DNA of 22,612 nucleotides from assembly GCA_038205935.1 (NCBI GenBank), contig JBBRBK010000032.1:1-22612 (forward strand). Direction: 5' to 3'. Each line of letters starts with the position of its first letter. Positions within the stretch are counted from its first letter, which is position 1. The notes under the pieces were generated by a model. That model did not search any database. It saw nothing but the letters and a program-made list of their open reading frames with translations, and was not told the origin of the DNA. Position numbers and translations under genes: made by a program. Below, piece after piece: positions 1 to 8,313 of this stretch. The stretch is from Campylobacterales bacterium. GTDB taxonomy: Bacteria; Campylobacterota; Campylobacteria; Campylobacterales; Sulfurimonadaceae.

Positions 1-684
1 GATAATGGCCTGATCTAAAAGGGTCAAAGTATCACGAAGACTTCCGTTTCCGCTACGTGCTAAAATCTCGAGCGCTTGAGGTTCATATTCTATGTTTTCA
101 AGATGCAAAATATGAGAAAGATGTTGCACAACTTTCACGCTCGAAATACGCTTAAAACGAAAATGCTGAGTACGTGAGAGAATGGTCGCAGGAAGTTTGA
201 GCGGATCGGTTGTTGCTAAGATAAATTTCACATATTCAGGCGGCTCTTCAAGGGTTTTTAAAAGCGCGTTGAAGGCCTGAGGCGTGAGCATATGAACCTC
301 ATCGATGATGAAGATCTTATATGCTGCTGAGGCTGGTTTATACTTCGTCTGCTCGACAAGATCACGGATATCATCGATCCCTCTGTTAGAAGCCGCATCC
401 ATCTCTATGATATCCATATGACGACTTTGTGCGGCCATAAGACAGTGCGTACACACTCCACAAGGATTTGATGTCGGGCCATTATCGCAGATAAGCGCTT
501 TTGCGAAAATACGCGCTGTCGAAGTCTTTCCGCTTCCGCGAAGACCTGAGAAAAGATATGCGTGAGAAAGTCTTTTTGAATCAAGAGCGAGTGAAAGTGT
601 TTGAGATATCGCCTCTTGTCCTATAAGCTCGTCAAAGCTGTTTGGACGGTATTTTAGTGCCAATACTTCAGAATTTTCTTTCAC
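1..684 (-). CDS. dnaX: DNA polymerase III subunit gamma/tau, 5' part (runs off the window edge; absent from the ORF track)
   Basis: Manual translation from GTG at 684: MKENSEVLALKYRPNSFDELIGQEAISQ...HAYLFSGLRGSGKTSTARIFAK...CGVCVHC...DIIEMDAASNRGIDDIR...KIFIIDEVHMLTPQAFNALLKTLEEPP...TILSRTQHFRF. GGGAG SD at 691-695. Confidence 0.96.
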   Translation of the reverse strand, partial: MKENSEVLALKYRPNSFDELIGQEAISQTLSLALDSKRLSHAYLFSGLRGSGKTSTARIFAKALICDNGPTSNPCGVCTHCLMAAQSRHMDIIEMDAASNRGIDDIRDLVEQTKYKPASAAYKIFIIDEVHMLTPQAFNALLKTLEEPPEYVKFILATTDPLKLPATILSRTQHFRFKRISSVKVVQHLSHILHLENIEYEPQALEILARSGNGSLRDTLTLLDQAII

Positions 685-709
685 ATCACGCTCCCATATA
701 TTTTAGGGG

Positions 710-718
710 ATTTTAGCA
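710..718 (-). promoter_or_regulatory. Extended -10 promoter element (TGCTAAAAT) for dnaX
   Basis: Matches the Campylobacterota sigma70 TGnTAnAAT consensus about 25 nt upstream of the dnaX start. Confidence 0.6.
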
Positions 719-835
719 TTAAAAAAATTAAGAGTTACTATAAAACAAAGAGAAAGAGAGTATAATTTTTGCTCAAAATCTCTTAAACGGGATCATGTTT
801 TTGGTGTCAAAAAATTACAAGATTAAAGAAGAATT

Positions 836-1234
836 ATGGACAATAAACAACTTGTCAGTGAGTATTATGCTATGTGGAATAGCCATGATTTCTCAAAGGC
901 AGAACAACTACTAGACAGTGATATTCGATTTCGCGGTTCCCTTGATATCGTAGCCAATGGCATAGAGGGTTTTAAAGATTATGCCGCGATGCTTTTTGAA
1001 GCATTTCCAAATCTTTATCATGCCGTGGAATTGGTAGTTTCTGAGGGCAACTTGGCCTCGGCTTATGTGACGTACTCCGGCACACATGCAGGAAAACTTC
1101 TGAACTACGAACCGACAAAAAAACGTATTAGTTACTCAGGTGCATCATTTTTTCATTTCAAAAATGGAAAAATAGCGAGTATCAATGTCTTAGGCGACTT
1201 AAACTCACTTTATAAACAGATCTCTCAAGCCTGA
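836..1234 (+). CDS. SnoaL-like / NTF2-fold ester cyclase family protein
   Basis: 132 aa with typical motifs (G.EGFK.Y..ML..AFP.L, SGTHAG...Y.PT.K.I...G...FHFK.GKI). TATAAT at 761-766. Confidence 0.8.
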   Translation: MDNKQLVSEYYAMWNSHDFSKAEQLLDSDIRFRGSLDIVANGIEGFKDYAAMLFEAFPNLYHAVELVVSEGNLASAYVTYSGTHAGKLLNYEPTKKRISYSGASFFHFKNGKIASINVLGDLNSLYKQISQA

Positions 1235-1244
1235 AGGCTTGGCT

Positions 1245-2996
1245 TTATATTATTGTGCTGATACAGATCTTTCCTAGATCTTTTTTCGCACATTTTTTTT
1301 GAAGTGAAAGAATTGCATTAATATTTTCTACATCTTTTTTTGTCTTGGCTTTGACGATGACAACTGAGGCACTCACGCTTAAAAGATCAAAATTCTTCAC
1401 AGCTCCATCTCTGTCTTTTGCGGTGATATAGCCTCTGTCAATGTCTTCTTTGCTATAAAATGCTTTAACATCCTCTGCAAATTTTGCGATGATCTCTTTG
1501 ATATCTTCTATATATTTCATCTGATCTTTTTTACGAAACTCTACTGCGACAAAGAAATCATCTCCACCAATATGCGCTTTAAAAAACTCAACTGAAAGAT
1601 TTTGTCTCAAGATATCAGCAAAAAGCATAATTACCCTGTCCCCATTTCTAAAGCCATAGTTATCGTTATAGGCTTTAAAATTATCTAGATCAAAATAACA
1701 AAGAAGAGAGTTTTCTTCAGGAAGATGAGAAAGGTATCTCTCAATGGCAATATTTCCAGGAAGCTTTGTCAGAGGATTTTGTTCTCTTGCATAGACAATA
1801 TTTTGCTCATTCATAATCGTGATAATCGCACGGGCAGACAAAAAACCCAAATATCTGGAATTTTTAGTTATTAAGATCCCGACTGATTCTGGATTATTGG
1901 AAAAGAGTTCTATAATCGTTGTAATATCACTACTGAGATCAGCACTACCGCACGGGGTCATAAGATTTTTCAACTTTGTCTTTTCTGTAAACTCATTATT
2001 TAAAAGTGACATACCAAAGGGAGAATAAAGAAAATTTTTAAGCTCATCCTCTTGTAAAACACCCAATGTTTCTCCCAAAGAGTTAACGATTGGGATAATA
2101 CTGACATCTGGATTATCTTTTAAGTATTTAACTACTTCAGAGGTTTTTGTTTTAATATCAAAAGCTTTCGCTTTATCGATGTATGAGAGCGTTTGATGAT
2201 TGATCTCTTTGGCTCTTTTATCACTTTTGAGGATCTCTTTTATATGTTCATACTTATGCTGTATCTCTTTTGTATTAAGGGTAGGTCTTTGTACAAGATA
2301 ACCTTGAACAAAGTGACATCCGATATCTCTACATGTAAGCAGTTCCGCTTTAGTTTCCACACCCTCTGCAACGACCTTTATACCAAACTGTATCGCAAGA
2401 TTTGTGATGTTTCTAACCAGCAATTTCTTCTTGATATTATTTTCAATATTGCTTAAAAAGAATCTGTCGATTTTGATGATGTTAGGAGTAGTTTCATAAA
2501 GGAGTTTATATCCAGAGTGACCAACACCAAAATCATCAATAGCAATACAAAAATCCTCATCCTGATAGTGTTTCAATACCGTTGAAATATCACACTCTTG
2601 CGTTATCTCATGACGTTCTGAAATTTCAAAGCAGAGATTGTCTTTTGGAATATTGAATTTTTCAAGTAATTTTTTCGTATTTCCATGAGAGTAGTTCTGC
2701 ATCTCAAAAAGACGGTTATCAAGATTATAAAAGAGTTTTATCTTTTCATAGCTTTCAATAGTTATAAATTTTCTAAAAGCTATCTCACGCAATGCTATAT
2801 CAAAAGGATAAAGCATTCCCTCTTTATAGACTTTATCAAAAAGAGAAAAAATCGACTTAAACCCTGCATCTTCTACGTTACGTAGAAGTGCTTCCACTGC
2901 ATAAATCTTACCGGTGTTAATATTGAGAATAGGCTGAAAAGCGATATCTAAAACTTCTAATCTATCCAGCCATATCTGTGTGAGTTGTGTTTGCAT
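1245..2996 (-). CDS. EAL-CBS-CBS-GGDEF c-di-GMP phosphodiesterase/cyclase (RapA-like architecture)
   Basis: EAL domain: FQPI, VEALLR, FYNLD, FEISE, DDFGVGHS, IKIDR, VAEGVE, QGY. Central CBS-like pair (IIPIVN...GVL; ILITKNSRYLGFLS). C-terminal NPLTKLPGN, DLDNFKAYND, HIGGDDF. Confidence 0.9.
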   Translation of the reverse strand: MQTQLTQIWLDRLEVLDIAFQPILNINTGKIYAVEALLRNVEDAGFKSIFSLFDKVYKEGMLYPFDIALREIAFRKFITIESYEKIKLFYNLDNRLFEMQNYSHGNTKKLLEKFNIPKDNLCFEISERHEITQECDISTVLKHYQDEDFCIAIDDFGVGHSGYKLLYETTPNIIKIDRFFLSNIENNIKKKLLVRNITNLAIQFGIKVVAEGVETKAELLTCRDIGCHFVQGYLVQRPTLNTKEIQHKYEHIKEILKSDKRAKEINHQTLSYIDKAKAFDIKTKTSEVVKYLKDNPDVSIIPIVNSLGETLGVLQEDELKNFLYSPFGMSLLNNEFTEKTKLKNLMTPCGSADLSSDITTIIELFSNNPESVGILITKNSRYLGFLSARAIITIMNEQNIVYAREQNPLTKLPGNIAIERYLSHLPEENSLLCYFDLDNFKAYNDNYGFRNGDRVIMLFADILRQNLSVEFFKAHIGGDDFFVAVEFRKKDQMKYIEDIKEIIAKFAEDVKAFYSKEDIDRGYITAKDRDGAVKNFDLLSVSASVVIVKAKTKKDVENINAILSLQKKCAKKDLGKICISTII

Positions 2997-3002
2997 AAGC
3001 GA

Positions 3003-3035
3003 AATATAGCAAACCGTGATTTCAAAATGATTACA
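3003..3035 (-). promoter_or_regulatory. Promoter of the EAL-CBS-GGDEF gene: extended -10 TGCTATATT plus an 11-bp-spaced direct repeat (pho-box-like)
   Basis: + strand TGATTTCA (3017-3024) and TGATTACA (3028-3035). The minus-strand -10 at 3003-3011 lies 6 nt from the ATG at 2996. Confidence 0.55.
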
Positions 3036-3053
3036 CGTTATCTGCAGAAATTT

Positions 3054-4616
3054 TTAAAGTCCTGGAGCTTTCCACATGGAAGTTGTCACACCCTCATCTA
3101 CAAGAGCAAGTTGTACTTTATATGCGAGTTCAAACTTTTGCTTTTGCTCATCATAGATCTTTTTATTTTCTCTATTTGGCTCATACATTTTATCCCATAC
3201 GACCAACTCTTTTGAAGCTGAAATCATATCTTTGTAAATTCCCACGCCCACACCAGCAGCCATCGCCGCACCTAAAGCTGTAGCTTCAGTCACTTTTGGA
3301 ATTTTTACTTTGCATCCTGTTACATCTGAGAGGATTTGAGACCAAAGAGCACCTTTACTTGCACCTCCAGCAAAGACGATTGTGTCTATTTCAATACCGC
3401 TAAACTTCTTGATTTTATCCAGATTGATACTTGAGACAATTGCGGCGTTTTCCTGCAGACTTCGAAACATTGAAAAACGGTTACATGTAAGCGCGTCAAG
3501 TGAAAGATTTAAAAAGCTCGGAGCCGCGTGAATCCACTTTCCATAGTTCATAGAGTCTGAAAATATCGGGATGATTCCGTAAGATCCAGCTGGAATTTTT
3601 GAGGCTTTTTCCTCTAAAACTGCGTAAGTATCTATCCCTCTTTGCTCGGCTTCTATTTTTTCCATCTCACAAAAAGCATCTCGAAACCAGCGCATGATAA
3701 GCCCTGAAAAAAAAGTGATTCCCTCTGCTTGGGATTGCCCTTTTATGACATGGGGATTCACGCGAATCGACAACTCTTTTGGAGGTTGCATCTCACTTGG
3801 GATGTTTACAACTTGTTGCCAAAACGATCCGCCAAGCACTGCCACATCGCCGAGGTTGACTACGCCAAGCCCCGCGCATCCTAGTTGAACATCGCCACCG
3901 CCCATCACGACTTTTGTATTTGCACAGAGTCCTGTTTCTTTGCAAGCCTTTTCACTTACCGTTCCCATCAGCGTGCCAACTTCTAAACAAGGAGGAAAAA
4001 TATCATCTTTAAGTCCCATTTTTGTTGCCATTGAAGCATCCCAATTCCGCTCTTTTAAAGAGAAAATTCCCGTTGTTCCAGCGTTGCTTGGGTCTGTTGC
4101 AAGTATGCCACTAAGGCGGAAAAGTATCCAGTCTCCTATCATGGAGAGTTGTGCTACTTTTTCATAGACTTCAGGTTTATTATTTTTAAGCCACATGATT
4201 CGAGGAAGTGCGCCGAGTGCGAAAGTCTGACCTGAAGTCGCGTAAAATTCCGCTTCGATATCAGGGAAATTTTCTTTCAGATGCCTTACTTCTTTATCTG
4301 CTCTTGCGTCCACATTTGCCACTCCAAAGAGTTCATTTCCCTCTTTGTCATAAAGCACAATTCCCTCACGCATGCTTGTAGCAGAAAGTGCTGTGATATC
4401 TTTTCCACTGAGATTTGCAAGTTTTAAAGCCTCGCGAATACACTTACATGTAAGGCCCCAATTCTTTTGGCAATCAAAACTCATACTGTTTGGCACACCA
4501 GATTCTTCCAAATGTGTCCACTCACTTTGAGAGACACTTATCTGATTGCCTTTGGTATCAAATATCACCGCACGAACACTGCCAGTTCCTGCATCTATGG
4601 CCATTAAGTAAGACAT
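3054..4616 (-). CDS. lsrK: Autoinducer-2 (DPD) kinase, FGGY family
   Basis: N-terminus YLMAIDAGTGSVRAVIFD..GNQI.V.Q.EW.H....VP.SM.FD, TSMREGIVLY, ANVDARA, SGQT.ALGALPR, DPSNAGTTG, GGGDVQLGC.GLG, LGGSFWQQVVN, FAGGASKG.LWSQIL and C-terminal TTSMWKAPGL all match enterobacterial LsrK as I recall it. Confidence 0.92.
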   Translation of the reverse strand: MSYLMAIDAGTGSVRAVIFDTKGNQISVSQSEWTHLEESGVPNSMSFDCQKNWGLTCKCIREALKLANLSGKDITALSATSMREGIVLYDKEGNELFGVANVDARADKEVRHLKENFPDIEAEFYATSGQTFALGALPRIMWLKNNKPEVYEKVAQLSMIGDWILFRLSGILATDPSNAGTTGIFSLKERNWDASMATKMGLKDDIFPPCLEVGTLMGTVSEKACKETGLCANTKVVMGGGDVQLGCAGLGVVNLGDVAVLGGSFWQQVVNIPSEMQPPKELSIRVNPHVIKGQSQAEGITFFSGLIMRWFRDAFCEMEKIEAEQRGIDTYAVLEEKASKIPAGSYGIIPIFSDSMNYGKWIHAAPSFLNLSLDALTCNRFSMFRSLQENAAIVSSINLDKIKKFSGIEIDTIVFAGGASKGALWSQILSDVTGCKVKIPKVTEATALGAAMAAGVGVGIYKDMISASKELVVWDKMYEPNRENKKIYDEQKQKFELAYKVQLALVDEGVTTSMWKAPGL

Positions 4617-5791
4617 TATTTTTTCAGTTTCGCTTGTTCGAGTTCCCAGTATTCCATCGCAAAACTCTCGGCTACGTTGATACTTTTGTATCCGCTAAGC
4701 ATATCAGCACGAAGAACTGCGAGCATCGTATGTTCAACAATATCATTGATGATAGAAGCCTCTTTTTCATTTTTTCCAAAACAGATAATTCCATAATCTT
4801 TTACAACGGCGTAGTTTGGAGCAGGATTTAAGCATATTTCGTTTGTGGCAAAAGTTTCAAAATACTCTTGATATTTTGCCTCATATGTTTCTATCGCATC
4901 TTCAAAATTATCATCTAGGAGCACTAAAGGCATTCGTTTTGTTCTTATGATATGCTCAGGCGTGAGAACACCTCTACATGTAAAGTGTTTTAAATCTTCG
5001 TGAGAACTATATGTATACGCGAGATTTGATCTGTTTACATGTAAGACAACGGGAAAGCCTTTATGGTGAGTAAGAAGATGTTGCAGTTTTTTAAGATCGA
5101 TATTTTTTTTAGAGTTTGAAAGCTTGAGTGTCACTTTTGCATTTTCTGCCAAAAACTCTTCAGCTTTTGTCACTGCGTTTATCATTTTTGTATAAGATTT
5201 TTTCGCATCATCATCAAAAGTAAAAATTCCGTGATTATGCAAGATAATCCCCTCGCATTTTGACCAATCCAAATCTTTCGTTTTTTTATAAATCTTCTGA
5301 GCCAACAAAAAACCGGGCATCACATAAGAAATAATCAAAAAGTTCGGGAAAAGAGCTTTGATATTTTCAATGCCGCTAACAGAATTAGAAATACTCACAA
5401 CAGCGTCTGCATGCGTATGATCCACAAATTTAAAAGGGATAATAGCGTGCAATATGGCTTCTACAGAAGGGTTTGGAGCAGTTTTATCGATCATTGCCGC
5501 TTTTTGTCCGCTTACCATATCGGTGTCGCTGAGAGTTGGAAGTTTTGCCATTTCCCAAAGTGCTTCGAGTTTTACAGGCGCAAAACCCTCAGCTTTTATA
5601 CTGACCAGATCCCAGCCGCTGCCTTTAACATAAAGAATATCTTCATCGTCTACTTCCACTTTGACAGAAGTGTTTCCGCCACCGTGAAGGACAAGTTCAT
5701 CACTTTGACCTAAAAGATTTGAAGTATAAACTCTTAAGTCTAAATCACTCGTAAATTTTTTAGATTCTGCATCAGACCAAAGATTTTTCAT
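4616..5791 (-). CDS. Class II (Zn) aldolase/adducin family protein, homologous to the N-terminal aldolase region of RhaEW/YuxG, without the SDR domain
   Basis: HGGGNTSVK, VKGSGWDL, NPSVE..LH, VDHTHAD and LHNHG (metal-binding His triad), TPEHIIRTK, F.MEYWELEQAKL followed by KK and a stop. Confidence 0.85.
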   Translation of the reverse strand: MKNLWSDAESKKFTSDLDLRVYTSNLLGQSDELVLHGGGNTSVKVEVDDEDILYVKGSGWDLVSIKAEGFAPVKLEALWEMAKLPTLSDTDMVSGQKAAMIDKTAPNPSVEAILHAIIPFKFVDHTHADAVVSISNSVSGIENIKALFPNFLIISYVMPGFLLAQKIYKKTKDLDWSKCEGIILHNHGIFTFDDDAKKSYTKMINAVTKAEEFLAENAKVTLKLSNSKKNIDLKKLQHLLTHHKGFPVVLHVNRSNLAYTYSSHEDLKHFTCRGVLTPEHIIRTKRMPLVLLDDNFEDAIETYEAKYQEYFETFATNEICLNPAPNYAVVKDYGIICFGKNEKEASIINDIVEHTMLAVLRADMLSGYKSINVAESFAMEYWELEQAKLKK

Positions 5792-5794
5792 CTT

Positions 5795-6082
5795 TTAGCC
5801 TAAAACTTCAAGTTCGTCTGAGTATTTTTTCAGGCAGTACGGTTCATAACTTGATTTATAAACTGCGTAATGTGCAGAGTTTTTATGTCCATCAAGTGCG
5901 GCTTCATCTCTCCAGCTTTCATACGCCATAAATTTTTCAGGTTTATTTTCATACTGAAAAATTTCATAAAAAGTACAACCCTCTTCTGCTTTTGAAGGTT
6001 CAACCATCGCGCTTAAAAGTTTTTTCATCATCTCGATGCCATCTGGTTTTGCTATAAAAGTCACACGTTTTGTAATTGCCAT
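5795..6082 (-). CDS. ABM (antibiotic biosynthesis monooxygenase) family protein, LsrG/YgiN-like
   Basis: 95 aa; S..EEGC..Y, F..YE.W.DE.AL..H..S.HY pattern. AGGA SD upstream. Sits in an operon with lsrK. Confidence 0.8.
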   Translation of the reverse strand: MAITKRVTFIAKPDGIEMMKKLLSAMVEPSKAEEGCTFYEIFQYENKPEKFMAYESWRDEAALDGHKNSAHYAVYKSSYEPYCLKKYSDELEVLG

Positions 6083-6099
6083 TTTTTATTCCTAATTTT

Positions 6100-6843
6100 T
6101 TATAATTTTAACCATTTTTTGGCAATTTTACGAAGCGCTTCAGGATTTTCTGAGGCAAAAAATTTGATCTCTGGATTTGGATAACGAGAAGTAAAATCAA
6201 ACTCTTTTTCCAAATACTGGGCAATCGCATCACCTGAATGAATCAGCTGACAATCTTTGCCAAAATAATTTTGTAAAGCGGGCGCAATAAGTGGAAAATG
6301 AGTACATCCAAGGATGAGTGCATCGGGAGATTTGATATCTTTAAAGTAGTGTTTGAAAGTTGATTCGAGTATCTCACCCTCATAAATCTCCTCTTCAACA
6401 AGCGGCACAAAAAGACTTGTCGCTTTTGCTTGTAAATTATTATATCCAAGAGAATGGAGTTCATTTTCATATGATTTGGAGTTTACGGTCGCTTTTGTGC
6501 CAATGATAAGGATATTTGCGTCCTTACATGTAAGCGCATTTTTCGCCGCAAGCGCACCTGCTTCGATGACGCCGACTACTGGACAAGTTGCATTTTCTCG
6601 CATCTCGGGAAGCGCATATGCACTGACAGTGTTACATGCAACGACGATAAGATCTAACTCAAAATTTTTAAAAAATTCTACAGCTTCGATAGCGTAGCGA
6701 ATGATGGTATTTTTATCTTTGATTCCATAAGGTACGCGAGCAGTATCACCAAAGTAGATGATCTCTTCAAAAAACTGGTGTTCTAAAAGCGACTTAACAA
6801 CTGTTAATCCGCCGATCCCGCTATCAAAAACACCTACTTTCAT
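6100..6843 (-). CDS. murI: Glutamate racemase
   Basis: GVFDSGIGGLTV, DTARVPYG, VACNT, ILGCTHFP motifs. Confidence 0.97.
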   Translation of the reverse strand: MKVGVFDSGIGGLTVVKSLLEHQFFEEIIYFGDTARVPYGIKDKNTIIRYAIEAVEFFKNFELDLIVVACNTVSAYALPEMRENATCPVVGVIEAGALAAKNALTCKDANILIIGTKATVNSKSYENELHSLGYNNLQAKATSLFVPLVEEEIYEGEILESTFKHYFKDIKSPDALILGCTHFPLIAPALQNYFGKDCQLIHSGDAIAQYLEKEFDFTSRYPNPEIKFFASENPEALRKIAKKWLKL

Positions 6844-8165
6844 TATTGATTATTCATACTTTCTAAGAACTCTTCATTCGTTTTATTTTTCATCATAGTT
6901 GTATATAGAAATTTCAGCGCTTCAACTTCATCATCTTGTTTATGCAACATTGAACGAAGGATAAACACTTTTTGAAGTATTTCAGGAGAGATAAGAAGTT
7001 CCTCTTTACGAGTTCCTGATTTAAGAATATCGATAGCCGGATAGATACGTCTCTCAGAGATTTTACGACTCAAAATAAGTTCGGAGTTACCTGTACCTTT
7101 GAACTCTTCGAAAATAACTTCGTCCATTTTTGAACCCGTCTCGATAAGCGCAGTTGCGATGATCGTCAAACTTCCGCCGTTTTCTATATTACGAGCAGCT
7201 CCAAAAAAGCGTTTTGGTTTGTGAAGTGCATTTGCATCAACCCCGCCTGAAAGAACTTTTCCACTTGATGGTGTGACAGTATTGTAAGCACGAGCAAGAC
7301 GTGTGATAGAATCAAGAAGAATGACTACATGATGACCAAGTTCCACGCGACGTTTTGCACGCTCAATGACCATTTCAGCCACTTTTACGTGGTTTTTTGC
7401 AGGCATATCAAATGTCGAGCTGTAAACTTCACCTCTGACACTTCGCTCCATATCCGTAACCTCTTCAGGTCTTTCATCAACAAGTAAAACCATCAAGTCC
7501 ATATCTGCATGATTATGCGTGATACCGTTTGCTATCTCTTTTAGAAGTTCAGTTTTACCAGTTCTTGGAGGTGCAACGACAAGTCCACGTTGACCGCGGC
7601 CAATAGGAGCAAAAAGATCCATCATACGACCAGTGAGTTTATTTGCTTGATATTCGAGCTTGATCTGACTTGTTGCGTAGATAGGTGTAAGGTTTTCAAA
7701 AAGAGGACGTTTTTTGCTCTCTTCAGGTGGAAGGTAGTTGATCGCTTCGATTTTGAGAAGTGCATAGTAACGCTCTTGCTCTTTTGGAGGACGAACCTGA
7801 CCGGTAACGCTATCTCCATTACGAAGAGCAAAACGCTTGATCTGTGTACTTGAAACATAAGCATCGTGAACACTGTCCCCGAAATCTTTATCTATAGTAC
7901 GTAAAAATCCGTAACCATCAGACATCATTTCAAGAATTCCCGTAAAAAGGATGAAACCACCCTGTTCTACTTGTGCTTTTAGGATTTCAAAAATGATATC
8001 CTGACGTATAAGTTCATTTGGATTTTCAACATTAAGTTCAATTGCGATCACTACAAGGTCTGCTGTAGTCTTCGTTCTGAGATCTTCTATTTTGTGACCT
8101 ATAACAGGCGTGTGAGTTCTGCTTTTCGTACTTTTTTTGTTTGGTGTTGGAGTTTGTTCAGCCAT
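6843..8165 (-). CDS. rho: Transcription termination factor Rho (start probably ATG 8165; ORF extends to 8204)
   Basis: [76 protein letters not shown]. An AAGGTG SD-like sequence precedes ATG 8165; none precedes 8204. Confidence 0.97.
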   Translation of the reverse strand: MAEQTPTPNKKSTKSRTHTPVIGHKIEDLRTKTTADLVVIAIELNVENPNELIRQDIIFEILKAQVEQGGFILFTGILEMMSDGYGFLRTIDKDFGDSVHDAYVSSTQIKRFALRNGDSVTGQVRPPKEQERYYALLKIEAINYLPPEESKKRPLFENLTPIYATSQIKLEYQANKLTGRMMDLFAPIGRGQRGLVVAPPRTGKTELLKEIANGITHNHADMDLMVLLVDERPEEVTDMERSVRGEVYSSTFDMPAKNHVKVAEMVIERAKRRVELGHHVVILLDSITRLARAYNTVTPSSGKVLSGGVDANALHKPKRFFGAARNIENGGSLTIIATALIETGSKMDEVIFEEFKGTGNSELILSRKISERRIYPAIDILKSGTRKEELLISPEILQKVFILRSMLHKQDDEVEALKFLYTTMMKNKTNEEFLESMNNQ

Positions 8166-8313
8166 TAATTGCTTCACCTTGTTTAAGTTAGATTTATTGC
8201 GCATATGAAAGATTTGTGTAGATTTTGAAGTTTAGTATTACACTTTATGTAGACGTATTTTACCTTCATTTATGTTATTATGTCAAGAACTCACTTAATT
8301 TAAGGTTCAAACC

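Noticed and set aside
1..684. dnaX gamma/tau programmed frameshift signal
   Set aside because: Only the first 228 codons are in the window; any such site would lie outside it.
1227..1240. AAGCC-TGAA-GGCTT hairpin between convergent genes
   Set aside because: A 5-bp stem overlapping the stop codon; insufficient evidence for a terminator.
3054..5791. Rhamnose or fucose catabolic operon (FGGY kinase plus class II aldolase)
   Set aside because: The kinase carries LsrK-specific N- and C-terminal motifs, and no sugar isomerase, mutarotase, transporter or regulator is present.
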